From Tubiluchus corallicola (Eukaryota > Animalia > Priapulida), in the NCBI GenBank assembly GCA_030141605.1, contig JAQGDQ010000337.1, forward strand, positions 186,001 through 250,000: a stretch of DNA of 64,000 nucleotides, read 5' to 3'. The stretch's first letter is position 1. Every line of letters begins with the position of its first letter. Below the pieces are notes generated by a model. It saw only the letters and a program-made list of their open reading frames with translations. It was not told the DNA's origin and searched no databases. The position numbers and the translations under genes are program-made. Shown piece by piece: positions 40,498 to 53,993 of this stretch.

Positions 40498-41349
40498 GGG
40501 AATGCGTTACTTGAAATAAGTAAAATGGTTTTTTTGCTCAGGTTGTAGTTAGTTGATAATTAGGTTATAAATGAGCTGTAATTTCTTTGCTTGCTCTAAA
40601 GTAAGTAAGACACTTGCTCTAAAGTCTAAAGCGTATGTGCTAAATTTGCGGAAAACTAGTGTCGAATATGGGCAGCCCAAGTATGGCACTGGCGATTTCT
40701 CTTATTTTTTAACTTTACATAATGAATTTTGTCAAATTTTTAAAAATTTTGTTAAAGTTTCTTCATTTTATTAAAAGTTGTGCTTGTTGACTAAGTTGGC
40801 ATCATACCGTGGATGCGCACGATCCTATTCACCAAATTGGCAAGCAAACTGACATCAGTAAAGAGCACTGGTATGCAAGATCAAAAACATCTATTTTGTT
40901 CACTTTGTCACGTAGTAAAATGGATCACCTGTCTATGAAGCTACTACTGGAGTTTGAAAATACAAGTTTTTTGCAATTGCAGTACTAGTTTTTAACCCGA
41001 AAAATGAGTACAGGGTTATAAAATTAGATTTTTAGTATTTTTTTAACATTTTCTTGATAATTTGATGTTAGAATATAAAAGTTCGATATATTTAGTGTTT
41101 GTTTTTATAAAAAACCGAAAAATGACATTTCATCAAATTTTTGGTACATTCTACTTTCAGGTATAATAACGTAGTTATAATTATGCTGACTTATGGACGG
41201 TTTTAGTTTGCATATAATCATATAAATAGTTATATTCCAAACCGTATAACAGATTTATTATTTCTTCTCTATTAGATACATGGTCAGTATATTATGGACA
41301 TGTAGCTATCAAAACTTTACAATCTTTTACAGTGTATATGCCATAAATC

Positions 41350-42172
41350 ATGTACAACAAACCAATAGTTCCAGCATCTGCTGTGCAGTGTGGTTTATTG
41401 CGTCTGGTCTTTCATCGCTTGGGCCTACGATGTCGGCAGCATCCGGCTTTAGCACATCCTCGGCTATGCTTTTGTTCCACCAGTGAGGTTGAGCAGAACA
41501 TTGCTAATGCAAAAGATAATGAGCAACGTAAACAAAGTGAGAGAAATGTGTGGGATGCAGTGCAACGCTTCCAAGAACGTGAGGACAAATTCAAAGAATT
41601 TAAGCAACACAAACAAGAAAAGAAAAGGGCAGCAAAATTGAAAAAGCTTGGAATTGATGAAAAAGAACTGGAAGAAAAAGATAAAGTTCCCATTCTTCCT
41701 TTGTCTGCTAAAGCATATTTGATGTCGCATTTGCATGAGTATTGTGCAGAATTTTCGGATGTTATTGACAGCGAAGGCAACTTGTGTAGAGCTGTCAAAG
41801 AAGAGGAAAACTCTGAAGAGGTGAAGGCACAGCAGTTCGATCCAGTTTACCCCTTTCAGCAGAGAACTTCCTTCATTTCCGATTCTGTTAAACAGAGCGT
41901 TCAAATAATACGTGAAAAGTGTGCTCCATCGAGTTTGGATGGTGATGAACAAAGCGAAACAGAAGAGGATAGCATTTACGAGGACGTGGTAGACTCTTTA
42001 GAGTATGATGCTATCCGCCTGGAGCTTATTCAGAGAAAAGTAGCGGAAGATAAGCGGTACTCTAATTTGTTGCACATGTATCGTGGCTTGCCTGATCCAT
42101 CTGTTCCAGTCAGTAGCGTGCCTTGTCGTGGATGTGGTGCCATGTTGCATTGTCGGGATCCAGCCATACCAG
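41350..42172 (+). CDS. NOA1: NOA1-like mitochondrial GTPase, coding exon 1
   Basis: ATG preceded by in-frame TAA (41344-41346). Arg/Leu-rich, acid-free N-terminus resembles a mitochondrial presequence, followed by a charged region and CRGCG (first CxxC). Donor G|GTAAC, phase 1. Confidence 0.9.
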
Positions 42173-42622
42173 GTAACGGATGTAAAGCTGATCCAGATCA
42201 GTTTTACTTATATGAAGTAGACTATTGGTTTTAACAAATAAATTATTTTCAAAGTGATTAGCTGCAGTTGAAACCTGTCTAATAAATCCCTGAATTCCAT
42301 TTCACGTGTTTCGTCTAACAGAAACCTCTCAAAAAATGTAAAAGCAGAAAGGGAGTTAGGATTAGCAGGCTAACATGCCTTCGTTTAGATATTTTAATAT
42401 GGGGAGTTTTCAAAATCTTCTGTTTTTCCAAACTCAATACCGGTGACTATCATCACTTGACGGTTAGTTTTGTAAAAAAATTCCATTTATGAATAAGTCA
42501 TTGTGTTTATTATGATCTTCTTATGTAAGAATATTATATGCTTAAAACACTTATGAGCAGGCTTACAAATGTCCCTGGTGTAGCTTTGTCATAGATCTGG
42601 TGATGTCTAGTAGTATGATAAC

Positions 42623-43030
42623 AAGAGGTGCATATCGAACGTTCGAATTAAATTCAAAAGGGTTTTGTTTGTTAGAATTCGATTCAAACCTAAAATTATA
42701 AATTCGAATAATTCAGCATTTATACCACGTACGTTCTTTATCATTAAAACTTTTGAAACATCATGCAATTAGCACAATTTATCTATGATTTCTGTGCATG
42801 ATTTTTAAACAAATTATCAGTGGTTTTACTGCAGTGCAAAATAGAACAATGTGCATGATCTGTGTAAGATTACTTTTTACTTGTGGTTCGAAAACTTGTT
42901 CAAAAATCTTTCAGTCTCCATTCAAATTCGATTCCGAATTCGATCTACTGAAAGTCGTTTCGATTCGAATTCGAAAGTCACAAATTAATTCGATTCAAAT
43001 TTGCTTTGTGGTAGAGAATGCTCACCCCTA
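42623..43030 (-). mobile_element. hAT MITE family A (TAGGGGTGAGCAT ends), copy in a NOA1 intron
   Basis: Right end ATGCTCACCCCTA, degenerate left end; TSD ATGATAAC/ATGATAAT; TTCGAA(T)-rich subtermini. Confidence 0.8.
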
Positions 43031-43127
43031 ATGATAATTACTACATGGATTTGTTTTTCATGCTATATATCACATAGGTTGCTATTGTCAAGCCGAACCT
43101 GCTGTAAGTAAATATTTATTTTTCCAG

Positions 43128-43399
43128 GTTATATTCCAAGTCAGAAGTACAAGTCATTTCTGGGAGTTGAGGAATTGTCCGAGACGCTGTGCCAACGTTG
43201 CAATTACATGGTTACCTTCGATGTAGCACTGAAAGCACACGTCCCGGAAGAGGAATGGTTCGGTATAGTGTCAAAAATCAAGTCCACCTTATCACTCGTT
43301 ATTTTGATGATCGACGTCACTGATATTCCCTGCAGCATTCCACCCAATTTCTTAGATCTCATTGGTTCTGATAAGCCTTTAGTTGTCGTAGCAAACAAG
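43128..43399 (+). CDS. NOA1: NOA1 coding exon 2
   Basis: ttttccag| GYIPSQKY...LCQRC (second CxxC)...VVVANK |GTAGG; reading frame consistent with neighbours. Confidence 0.93.
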
Positions 43400-43493
43400 G
43401 TAGGAAAATTGTTCTGATGGATTGTTAGTCAGTATATAATAAATAACATACAGTGCTTTTAATGATTCATGGATTGTTTGACATACTAATAAT

Positions 43494-44160
43494 TAGGCTT
43501 GTAACGATATATCGGTGCATCACGATATCTTTCTCAATGATTTGTGCATCTGCAAAGTGCCCTCGTGTCCTGATATTCAGCAAATTAGCTAGACCCTATG
43601 CTGACAAAAACTATGTGAAGTAATTCAAGCTGTAGCTGTGAATGTACTGTAGACATGTATCAGTCATTATATTAAAGTAGGTGATTTGACACAGACACTG
43701 CCAGCAGCCAGAGTGGTTGAAAGTGCAGTGTTTAGTCTGCAGTGGGCTAATTGCATTGTTTTCATGCAAACTTAAAAATGGAAAACCTGAACCAGCTTTT
43801 AAACCTAAAGTGGTGATATGTTTTGCTTTTCTTGTGACTTGCACTGCATAAATAGCCTATTCATTACAGAAGTAATAAATAAAACCGAACAGTTAATCGA
43901 TTTATTTTCGCATTTAGCACTCCTAAAACTGTTAACTGATAAATATGTTCAGCATGCGAAGGAAAAATATTCAGTCAATTATGCAGAGTCAATTGCTGAC
44001 AGTTTTTATGTATATTTTAATATGTGCTACCATGCCAGGCAGTTTTGAGTCAATTAAGCGATAGAGTCTATTAACCGTGAGTCTATTAAGCAGCACCTAC
44101 TGTACATATCGTAGCGTGATGTGTGTTGTATCGTTATCTAGGTGTATCGTTACTGCCCTG
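43494..44160. mobile_element. hAT-type MITE containing a nested Tc1/pogo-type fragment ending at 44102
   Basis: TAGGCTTGTAACGATA...TATCGTTACTGCCCTG; flanks CTAATAAT/TTAATAGT (6/8); internal end gagtctattaagcagcacctACTG|TA. Confidence 0.6.
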
Positions 44161-44953
44161 TTAATAGTTTTGATTTACATTTAGAAATTCCGCTAACTGA
44201 TTAGTAGACTTAGGTAATGAAATTGAATGATGAGTGGATTTTAAGAATTGAACACTCAAAGGGCAAGAAAATCGCCTTAAGAAATTATATTGGTTTGTAG
44301 AATTTTATAAATATATCGTACTCGCTTTGAAAGGATTTTGTGTTTGTTTTCATTTTAAACTTCCCTTGTCATTTTAAAATCGACACTGTTGCGACGGCGC
44401 CATTGCATGACGCCACTACGCAAACGTAAATAAGGGGCAGAAAAGTATATACATGTTAAACTATGTCCCAAAAACTTTGCATGCAAAATTATATTACTCA
44501 GCATTTCGCTTACCCCCTTGAAACACTTATGTAACTAGAAAAGAAAATTATTAATTATTTAAAATGTTTTCGCCAATTGGTAAAATGTCGTTGACTCGCC
44601 CTCCAAGATGCACCACTCACTAATCAAAAATGTATTTTTAATCTTACTGGCAAGATACAGTAATTTTAAATTTTACTTAGTTGGTGACGTGTATGCTACG
44701 AATGCTCTGATTATTTTTCAAACTTTACAGAATGTTATCTAAACTTGTTTCAAATGACTTATCGTCAAAGTGGCTGAGTGTAACGGTCATTGCGGGAATT
44801 TAAATTTACATTTTTTATACAGCGTTATTTTTGACTCAAGTCTAATATGCCAAAAGGCAGTATGTAAGTGGTATAAAAAGGCGAAATTTTTAAGCTTTAT
44901 GTGAGTTGAGGGTTTTCTTGTGCTTTAATCACATAATCTGTTCTTTTATGTAG

Positions 44954-45140
44954 GTTGATCTATTAATCAAAGATGAGAGTAAATACCTTAGTAGGATATT
45001 GGACACTGTTAAACGGTATATAAATGACAGTGGTCTCGTTGTAAACAAAAATGTTAAGCATGTTCAACTCATCAGTGCAAAAACTGGCTACGGAGTTGAA
45101 GATCTCATTACAAACTTACAGAATCTGTGGAATATCAAAG
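44954..45140 (+). CDS. NOA1: NOA1 coding exon 3
   Basis: tgtag| VDLL (completes G4 NKVD)...LISAKTGYGVEDLI (G5)...WNIK G|GTATGT. Confidence 0.93.
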
Positions 45141-45964
45141 GTATGTCATCAAAAACGTCAAAGCTAATATAATTTACGGTATCAATACTTTCCCAATCTA
45201 GCTGGCAACTAATTATATCTTTCCTTACTTGTGATTAAAAGATTCTGGCAATCTCAATCATAATTAACCTATGCTGATATAATTTTTTATTGCTTTTTGA
45301 ATTAGCTCTGGGAATAGTGGCTTATGACGTCTACAGTGTTGTACCTTAATTTTTCATGTTGCAGTAACTGCAAAATTAATTAGTGCTAGAAATATTTGCG
45401 TATTTTGCAAAGAAGGCCTCATGCAGTAATTTCCAGGGTCAGTGGGCAAATTACACAAGTAATGAAGCGGCTTATTGGCTTTTTGCAATTTCCTGTTGGC
45501 TTGGTTTGATGGTAGGTACCTGATACTGTATTTACCTGCACACCTATTGGTGGTCAACAAATAAAAGACGCTGCTTTCTTTTGTCGCTTGTTGCTGCTTC
45601 GCACGTGTTCACTGACCAATGGTTGGTGATTAAACATCAAAGACATTCTTTGCAATTGCAAACGATGAAATTAAATTGACATCATTCTGTCTGGAGAGCG
45701 TGTTGTTTTGAACAACACCATTAGTTTTGTTTAACGTTACATAAGTTAGTTGCTTGGCCTATATTCAATTACGTTTGACAGTGCGTCATTTGCGACCTAT
45801 GTAATTCGTTTGCAATGGTGCATCGCAAAAATATCACTTTTGTAAAAAAGTTTTGAAGCTAAATTTGCTCTTTTTTGGTTTACAGCAAGTGTCATGAGTA
45901 GAATGCGAAAGTTGTTTGTTGATAATAAAGAGTTGTAAGTTTAGTTACGACGTTTTAATTTCAG

Positions 45965-46093
45965 GTGATGTGTATTTACTGGGTGCTGCAAACGTGGGCA
46001 AGTCTTCATTGTTTAATGCTTTCTTGCAGTCAGACTATTGCAAAACACAGGCTAAACATTTAATACACAAGGCAACTGTTTCAATGTGGCCAG
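45965..46093 (+). CDS. NOA1: NOA1 coding exon 4 (P-loop)
   Basis: GDVYLLGAANVGKSSLFN (G1)...KATVSMWP G|GTAAAA. The G4-G5-G1 order is the circular permutation of the YqeH/NOA1 family. Confidence 0.95.
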
Positions 46094-46499
46094 GTAAAAG
46101 TAACATTTTTGTAGTTGACGTGATTTTGATTGTGTCAGTTTTTGACGGAATTTATTTGTAGAACTTATAAAAGTCCATTTACGTCAAACCTGAGTATTGT
46201 TCAGTACATTGTTACATTGTATTGTTTGTATTGTTTAGTACATTGTTACATTGTATTGCTACTGAGTATTGTCTAGTACATTGTTACATTGTATTGTTAC
46301 TGAGTATTCTTTAGTACATTTCTTGCAAGTTATTTTTGTTTATTCCAATGACCAAGCCAGTTTGGTAAATACCAAAAGCTTGGAAAATTCCTGCTTGCAG
46401 TTTTGTTATCTTTTGCATTCTTGTTATTGTAACTTTAGGTCTAAAAGATCTAATATTTGTATGTTATTTTTTTCAAATTGTTTTATGTTTGATGTTATT

Positions 46500-47345
46500 T
46501 GCCCAGTAAGATACTTTTGTGTGACCAGTAAGCTTTTATGACATTTATGTCATCTTAGTTCGCTTTTGTGGTCTAATGTATGTAGAAGCAATCATGTTAG
46601 GTACCGTTTTATTTGTGAGCAGGAACGTATGTCATACGCTAATGTGCTAACCTATGGTTTTGCTTTGAACTGTACATCCACTGCAATTAACCTCATCACT
46701 CACGAATTGTTGAAAGCTAAACATTTAATCACTTGGCTAGTGGTTTGTTTTTGAAACTCTTGCTGCTTTTCACAGAACGTTTAATCGGTTAGCTGTTGCT
46801 ATTATGCCAGGGATGAAGATACAGTACACAATGTTTGGATGATAACTGTGTTGTTTAATGAATGGCTAATGAAATGGGATGCGAAGTTTAAGCGAAACAT
46901 TATTTTACTGATACACAGTTGCACTACTCGTGTAATCAGTGCATTATTGAAACACATTAGGCGAAATTACAGACGAAGCCACTTGCGGAGAAACATGGGC
47001 ACTGGTCACCAACCGTAGTTCAAGCATGCCAAGCACGAAGTATTTTATGAGAATATGTGTATCATACAACAACAGATTTTTGACGCTTTTATCATTATGA
47101 AGACTTTGTGACCCAACTTTTTTGTGAAAAATAAAGCAGCTCATCTTGAACAAATTTTTGTAAATGAACAGACGTATGTGATTTAGGAAAGTAAACTTTT
47201 TATTTTCTCTATGTTAATTCACTTTATAAATTTATATTATAAATCAGTTGCTGAGGAATTTAGTCATTTCTTCGAATAGATTCCGTTGGTTAATTGAGTC
47301 AAAACACTTCCGTCCAAAAGTGAGTCTATTAAAAGGCGCCTACTG
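46500..47345. mobile_element. Truncated copy of the 50400-51235 MITE family
   Basis: About 46580-46760 resembles about 50620-50810; right end gtgagtctattaaaaggcgcctACTG|TA. Confidence 0.7.
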
Positions 47346-47476
47346 TACTTTATTTAGATGCACCTTTAGCTACATTGCCAAATGTAGTAAAAATTAAGTT
47401 CAGTAAATATAGCTAATTGTTAGCCTAAGCAAACTTGACCTTGTAAGCTGTCTGTTTAACTCACTACATACTTTAG

Positions 47477-47644
47477 GTACGACCTTGAATTTACTGAAAT
47501 TTCCCATTCTTCGTCCGACGCCTTGGCGACAGTGGATGAGAATGAGGAGGCTGAGAGCAGCGCGTGAAGCTGACATCCAGGAAAGACATCATCATCAGCA
47601 CATGTTGCGCTATTCTTACAGTCCCAAATATGCTACATTAATGG
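47477..47644 (+). CDS. NOA1: NOA1 coding exon 5
   Basis: ctttag| GTTLNLLKFPILRP (G2 PGTT spans the junction)...YATLM G|GTATTG. Confidence 0.93.
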
Positions 47645-47829
47645 GTATTGTGGTTACTGGCTATATTTGTTAATACTGCATCAATGGATATTATTGTATT
47701 AGTTGATCATATGCTGTTTGCAAGTCTGTTGTCATTGTCTAGATAATTTGTATGCTTAATTTTTTTTAGTATTCAGTTCTGTGATTCGGGATAATATTTG
47801 GTGCTGCAGCTACTGTTTTTGCTCTGGCT

Positions 47830-48110
47830 TGTCAGCTTTGTTGGTTATGTCCTTAAACAGTAATTCGAGAGTTGTTGGTTCAAAACTCATGCTGGCTGTT
47901 CGGGTTAGCTGTTTCTCCTTAAAGTTGCTGATAAGATTTGTATTTGCATTGTGAGGGAAAGGCACCCAAGGCAGACTGTGAGTGTTAAACTGTGAGTATC
48001 TCTGAGTAAGTGCTGGATTTATATGCTCTCCAGAAATTGGGCTGTAGTAATGGACTGGCTTGATAATCAGAGAATAAATTTGTCAATTATTGTGAACATG
48101 TAAATTAAAT
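47830..48110 (+). mobile_element. Decayed tRNA-derived SINE
   Basis: B-box-like GGTTCAAAACTC at about 47877 followed by a SINE-like body. Confidence 0.4.
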
Positions 48111-48702
48111 GAAGCAAGAGGTAAAATAGGTCTGTACCTTGTAATGTAATTGCAAATTATAACATAATTGATACTGTGATTACCGATTATGGAGTCGATA
48201 CAGCAGTTGTTAGTTACACAATCAGGATCAGATTATGACTTTTTGGGGTCCCTAGGTCAGTGAAATTATGGAGCCCTCTCAGATGGAGCCACTTTCTAAT
48301 TTGCTTGCACTTGTCTCAAACCATATTTCAAATAAAGGGCTTCAAAGAGGGGCTCTTATCTGAAATAAAGGGCTCAAGCAAGGGCCTTTTGTCTCAAGTA
48401 AAAGGCCTCAAACAGGGATCCTTTATCTCAAATGAGGAACAACTTTAAACAGAATAACGCAAAGCGTACTGTTTTAATGCATTAAATTAGGCAGAAAAGC
48501 TGTTGATAAAATAAAAATTTACTTACAGCAAAGTAAAAAAATTGTTGTTAAAACGAAACAGTGAATCGTTAAGTGAAAAAAGGTGTCAAATATTCAGCAT
48601 CGTTAAAGCGAAACGTCGCTAAATGGGGAGTTGTTAAGCGAGGACTTACTGTACTTCACTTTTTTCTGCATTTCTTTTTTGTAAATATTTTTGCAAATCT
48701 AG

Positions 48703-48902
48703 GTCACATAGGGAGCACATTCAAAGAACCAGAAGCTGAAGATGAAGATCAGCAGTTTGACCACAAGGTTTCGAGTTCATACGCCCTTTCTTCTGGATCA
48801 CTGGTGGACACTAAGCAACAAGTAACAAAGCCAGACCTTAATGATCCAATGTTCAAAGGCAGGTGGTTCTATGATACACCTGGCACACTGCTTAAAGATC
48901 AG
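48703..48902 (+). CDS. NOA1: NOA1 coding exon 6
   Basis: ctag| GHIGSTF...WFYDTPG (G3)...KDQ |GTTTGA. Confidence 0.92.
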
Positions 48903-49456
48903 GTTTGAATTGTCTATTTTGTTGAATTAAGTTTAATTTTGGGCTTCCTTATAATTAGAGAAAAACAAACTGTTGCTTTCATCTGCAACTATGACTTACA
49001 GCAACATTTCTGCTGGATACATTGTACCTACTGTCTAGTATGTGCATTTTTAATTAACGTGTATCAAATTACATACCTGTTTATTTCTGTTCAAATCAGT
49101 TACAGATCTGTTTTGTTTTACTTCTTTGTTTTTCAGTAGTGATTTATGAAATAACTTAAATTTTCATTACATGTTTTACATTTTGGGCTTTTTGAACATG
49201 TTCATGAAGAAATATAACATAATTCTTTAGAAAGGAATGTTTCTTTTCTACAGTTGACAGATGTCCTTTGTTATAAACCTTTTAGGCATTGCAACAATGA
49301 TAGTGTAGTAAGATTGCTTGATATAATTTTTCTGTAATACGTTGTTACAATACTGTTCCTTAGTTTCCATAGTGTGCAATGGTGGTAATTTGTATGTTAT
49401 TTATTTCATTTGGTATTACATTTTAAAACAATTTTTGGCTTTTTATGTTTTCGTAG

Positions 49457-49588
49457 ATTATAACTCAGCTAACATCAGAAGAACTGCTGTTAACATTACC
49501 AAAGAGCATCATTATTCCTAGGACGTATATATTGTGGCCTGAACGTACTTTATTTCTTGCCGGTCTTGCGAGATTAGACTATATTCAG
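49457..49588 (+). CDS. NOA1: NOA1 coding exon 7
   Basis: ttcgtag| IITQLTSEELLLTLPKSIIIPRTYILWPERTLFLAGLARLDYIQ |GTGAAG. Confidence 0.92.
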
Positions 49589-50399
49589 GTGAAGACTTCA
49601 TTGAATTTTTATTAGGAGGTAATATTTTACTAGGAGATGTAAATTGAAAGCTGTTATCAAGAGTAGAGCAAGGCACAGATACAGAGTTATGTGGAATAAA
49701 AGTTGAGTGATTATAATGTCAATGATTATGGTTTCATTGTTGCAGAATTTGTAATAAATGTCTAAAACTATTTCCCTTAAAAAGACAGCAGCATTTTCAA
49801 GGTGGTTTCTGTTTCCTGTTTCAAGATGCGAGTTTTTTCGCTGGCTAAATTTTTTTTTGGTGAAAAGTCCATTAATCATCAGTTTTTACAGTTTACTGAT
49901 CCTTCTTTAGCTTCTACTTCTACTCATTATCCTCTAGACTCAATAGTTCTGTAGCTGTCGGTCATTTGGCTTGATAACATAATGTTCTTACTTGTCATAC
50001 TTGTGGTTAGGATTCAGATTTGAACTTGGATTAAACTCGGCTTGTTGTTTTGTTAAAATAATTTATATTTCTGAGGACAAACGAGTTTTTTTTTATTAAT
50101 GTGTTCATGAACTAGCATGCTGGAGACTAAGAGACTGAGAAACTGATGAGCCAAAAAAATTTTGTATTAAAAGTTGAGAACTAAGTGGTTTGAGCTGCTG
50201 TTACACTGCAGGAATTAAAGAAATGTACACATTTTTTCAGTGTCCTCGTTAAGAAATGTTTATTGATTGTTGTGACTATTGCGTTTGTGTAATGTGATCA
50301 TAGATTTATTCATCTGTGAATGTGATATGGCCAATTTTAATCTCTGTTTGATATCAAACAAACAAACAAACAAACAAACAGGTTTTCATCCTACTATTA

Positions 50400-51235
50400 C
50401 AGTAAGCACCGCTTAATAGACTCAATCGCTTAATTGACTCAAAAACGCCAGGAACGGGACTCTTCTATTCAAATATACATAAAAACTATCGGTAATTAAC
50501 TCAAATAACTTCGCATAATTGACTCAATATTTTTCCTTCACCTACTTAAAATAAGATAATTGTATGTGCCAAAAGAGCCTTTCCTACTTTTATGTCATCT
50601 TTACTTCCCTTTTGTGCACTATGTATGCAGAAACAATCATGTTAAGTACCGTTTTGTTTATAAGCAGGTACGTTTATCATGTGCGAATAGGCTAATGTAG
50701 CAGTTTTGCTTTGAATCTGTTACACGCTCGTCCACTGCAATTAACCTCGTTACCCAAAGAATTTGTGGAAGCTAAACATTTAATCACTTGTCTAGCAGTT
50801 TCCTTTTGAAGCTCTCATTGCAAATCACGCTTTCATGCTTAATCATTTAACAGTCAAAGATGCTGGTACAGTAATCAGCCAGTATTCCTTGTTACTTGTA
50901 AGAGAAAACATCGTACAGCAAATAAGAGCATAGAGTTAAGAATTTGAAAAATGGAGCATAAACATAAAGATCTAACAGTTAAGGTGAAATTGAAAATTTA
51001 GAGCAATACGATAAACTTCCATTTTTAATATTTTAAAATATTTTTTTCAAATTATTAACTGCACAAAGGAATATAGGCATTACTTCATTTCTAGAATTCC
51101 TTAAAAAGCTTTGCAGTGCATACTAAGCTGATGACTCATAGTTCCATACCAGTAATACCTCACCCATTAGTTAATAGGTTCAGTCGTGTCGAAACACTTC
51201 GGTTCCAAAGTGAATCTATTAAGCCACGCCTACTG
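50400..51235. mobile_element. Tc1/mariner-pogo type MITE
   Basis: TA|CAGTAAGCACCGCTTAATAGACTC...GAATCTATTAAGCCACGCCTACTG|TA. Confidence 0.85.
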
Positions 51236-51309
51236 TATATAAATTGTAGGTAACAATTAGCATGCATTTTGATATAATAATCTTGACAGTAATTTTTTCG
51301 TTTGTCTAG

Positions 51310-51426
51310 GGAAACAGGCAGGTTCTTCTTACTGTTTTTTCTCACAATTCTCTTCCTATCAATGTTCGTTTTACAGTCGAGGCAGACAGTTGGTATTCAG
51401 AGAAGCTTCTGTCCGGTGAATTACAG
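51310..51426 (+). CDS. NOA1: NOA1 coding exon 8
   Basis: gtctag| GNRQVLLTVFSHNSLPINVRFTVEADSWYSEKLLSGELQ |GTAAAT; phase 0 on both sides. Confidence 0.85.
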
Positions 51427-51609
51427 GTAAATTGGGAAACTGTTTTCGTTTATTTGTATTCGTGTATTAATGCAGATTTAATAGTAATTTACGTTTTAAC
51501 TTAATTTGCATAATTTACATAATTACTTTCGAATGCTGGTGAATCTCGTTGCTTTAATCTACACAAAACTGCTGAAAAATAATTTGTTTGCATTTTGTAA
51601 TCTATCACT

Positions 51610-51753
51610 CACCGTGCTCACTTTTTTTGTAAGTAATTACATTGCCGTGCTCACTTTTTTTGTAAGTAATTACATTGCCGTGTTCACTCACTTTTTTTGT
51701 AAGTAATTACATTGCCGTGTTCACTCACTTTTTTTGTAAGTAATTACATTGCC
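51610..51753. repeat. Tandem repeat of about 33-38 bp, 4 copies
   Basis: CCGTG(C/TTCAC)TCACTTTTTTTGTAAGTAATTACATTG units. Confidence 0.9.
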
Positions 51754-53269
51754 AACATTTTCAAGTATGTGCAAGCCATTTTTCGATAATTTTCTAAATG
51801 TATAATTATATTTATTTACCTGGACACATAAGTACGAGATTGCTGTTACAGCATGCAAAAAAATTCTATGCAAATACATCGGTAACTGCCTATTGAATGC
51901 CATTTTCAGCTAGCCTGTTGTTGATTATTTCTAAGACACACCAACCAGCATTTACTAAATGCATTGAGGCCTCTGTTGTTTGTAGGTCTATTCTCTCACT
52001 TGACTAGTTTCATTCATACTAAAGCTCTGCCCACATCTACAGTATCTTAAATACATTGTATCACTGAAGATCATTTTGCACTGACATTTACGAACTGATT
52101 TCGAAATCCTTTTTCCTTTTCTTAATTGTTTTGTTGCTCGCTGTATTTGAATTGAGAAAATATGTAGGCATCTGTAAAAACTACCTTCAAAAATGGCGCA
52201 TCTTATTCACTTTATTTCATTGATAAATTACCAGCCTTTCAGGTTGAAAGCTTTCACATCATTTATTTCATTTTAGACAGACGGACTGACAAACAGACAG
52301 ATAGCTAAAAGTTTATTTGCACACAAAATTGCAGTTAAGAAAGTGAATAAGATTGCATTTACAATTAAAAGACGTTAGCTATAAGCACTAAAATGACAAA
52401 AAATATACCAAGATTATGCAGAACACAATACTTATAGAACCTACTGTTAAAAATACACTGTAACATTATTAAAAAATCAAATGTGTGCTTGCAAACCAAA
52501 ACTGTCCCTAAGCCGGCATAGTTAAAACTACTTTATGGTGCTTCAAAGTAGAATGACCCAAAAATTTGGTCAAATATTTTTCGCATTTTGTAAAAATTAA
52601 CTCTAAATTTATTGGACTTTTACAGTCTAGTATCAAATTATCAAGAAAGTGTTAAAAAACACTATAAATTTAATTTTATAACTCCTTTTCTGCCTAGAAA
52701 CTAGTCCTGCAATTGTAAGAAACTTGTGTTTTCAAACTCTGATAGTATCTCGTGGAAGCAGTCATTTTACTTCAGGTTTTTTCTGTTGCCAAGCCCAGAT
52801 CTTCGTCAGAAAGAGCCGTCTACTGGATTTAAACATAACTTTAACATGTTCTTGCAAAGTCCGTAGCAACCAGCCAACGTTTGCTAACTGTTTTATAGAA
52901 ACGCAACAAAAAACAATGGCTAACTTTAACAGCGATTTTCTCAAGGTTATGTTTTTCAGTGCATAGCCTGCAGCTCAACTTCAACGTGGATTATCTCAGC
53001 TTAGAAATAACACACAGCGATGAACTTGGTACCAAAATTATCCTCATGAAATGGAGATTTAAGATACGTGAATAACTAGAAAAGCTTAATTGCAGACTTA
53101 TGGGCGATTTTGCTATGTAGGCACATAAATAAAAACTAAAAGACCCTATGTATTCGCCAAGAGCCATGTTACTACCATTTAAAAGTTTTTCATATATTCT
53201 AGAAACAAATAAAGCTTGAGATCTTGTATCTTCTAGGAGAGTTTCCTTTTTCTTAATTACACTGATTGT

Positions 53270-53705
53270 AAATAAGGCTTTTCACAGTTTCGCTATGCGC
53301 ATGTGCAGTTGTTGTAGGTCAAATGTTAAGTGAACCCAGCAACACGTCTTGACTACAACTGTCGTGTGACATGTGGGTAAAGCAAAGCTGTCTGTCACAT
53401 CAATTTAGTAACTTCAGCTGCGATGCCTGTTAACTTTAGTTGCGACACCAGTTCCTTGTTGTTTTATGTGGATTTTACTTTAGTATGCATTAGTCTGTGC
53501 GATGTAGAGGGATTTATTAGCAGGATCCTGCTTGGGAACAAGAAAAAACGAACTAGTTAAGGTTCTAGCTAGGTGTTAAAAGTGTTACTATTACAATAGT
53601 ATGGGCTGCGAGGTGTTGCCAAGTGTACACAAACGCCTTGTCTGGTTCACTTAACCGTTGACATTTTCACGATCATTATCAATCGCTGAAACTGTGAAAA
53701 GGATT
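53270..53705. mobile_element. Second copy of the 19339-19984 family, single left unit, in a NOA1 intron
   Basis: Shared ttttcacagtttcg...gcagttg.tgtaggtcaa...atgcattagtctg...tgcttggg...gctgcgagg...ttcacttaacc. Confidence 0.75.
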
Positions 53706-53763
53706 AGTTGGATGAACGGGTAATAATTTCTTTCATCTATGTAATTTTAGCCATGTGTTTCAG

Positions 53764-53884
53764 GTTCCTACAGCAAATTCACAAAGACTGAGAGATTACC
53801 CGCCACTAATTGGCAAACAGTTAGATTCTGCAGCAGGTCTTGGATATAATAAAAGCTGCTGTGATGTTGTGTTTTCTTCGGCAT
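53764..53884 (+). CDS. NOA1: NOA1 coding exon 9
   Basis: tttcag| VPTANSQRLRDYPPL...SCCDVVFSSA T|GTATGT. Confidence 0.9.
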
Positions 53885-53993
53885 GTATGTAGTTTTTACG
53901 TATTTCACTTAGATCATTACAAATTACAGACAATTTTTTCAAAGCTTTTCTATCGTGAGCAGCGGCGTATCAAGACATTACAATGCACTAGGC

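Noticed and set aside
41412-41952. Minus-strand ORFs of 128 and 162 aa
   Set aside because: Antisense shadows of the purine-rich NOA1 coding exon 1.
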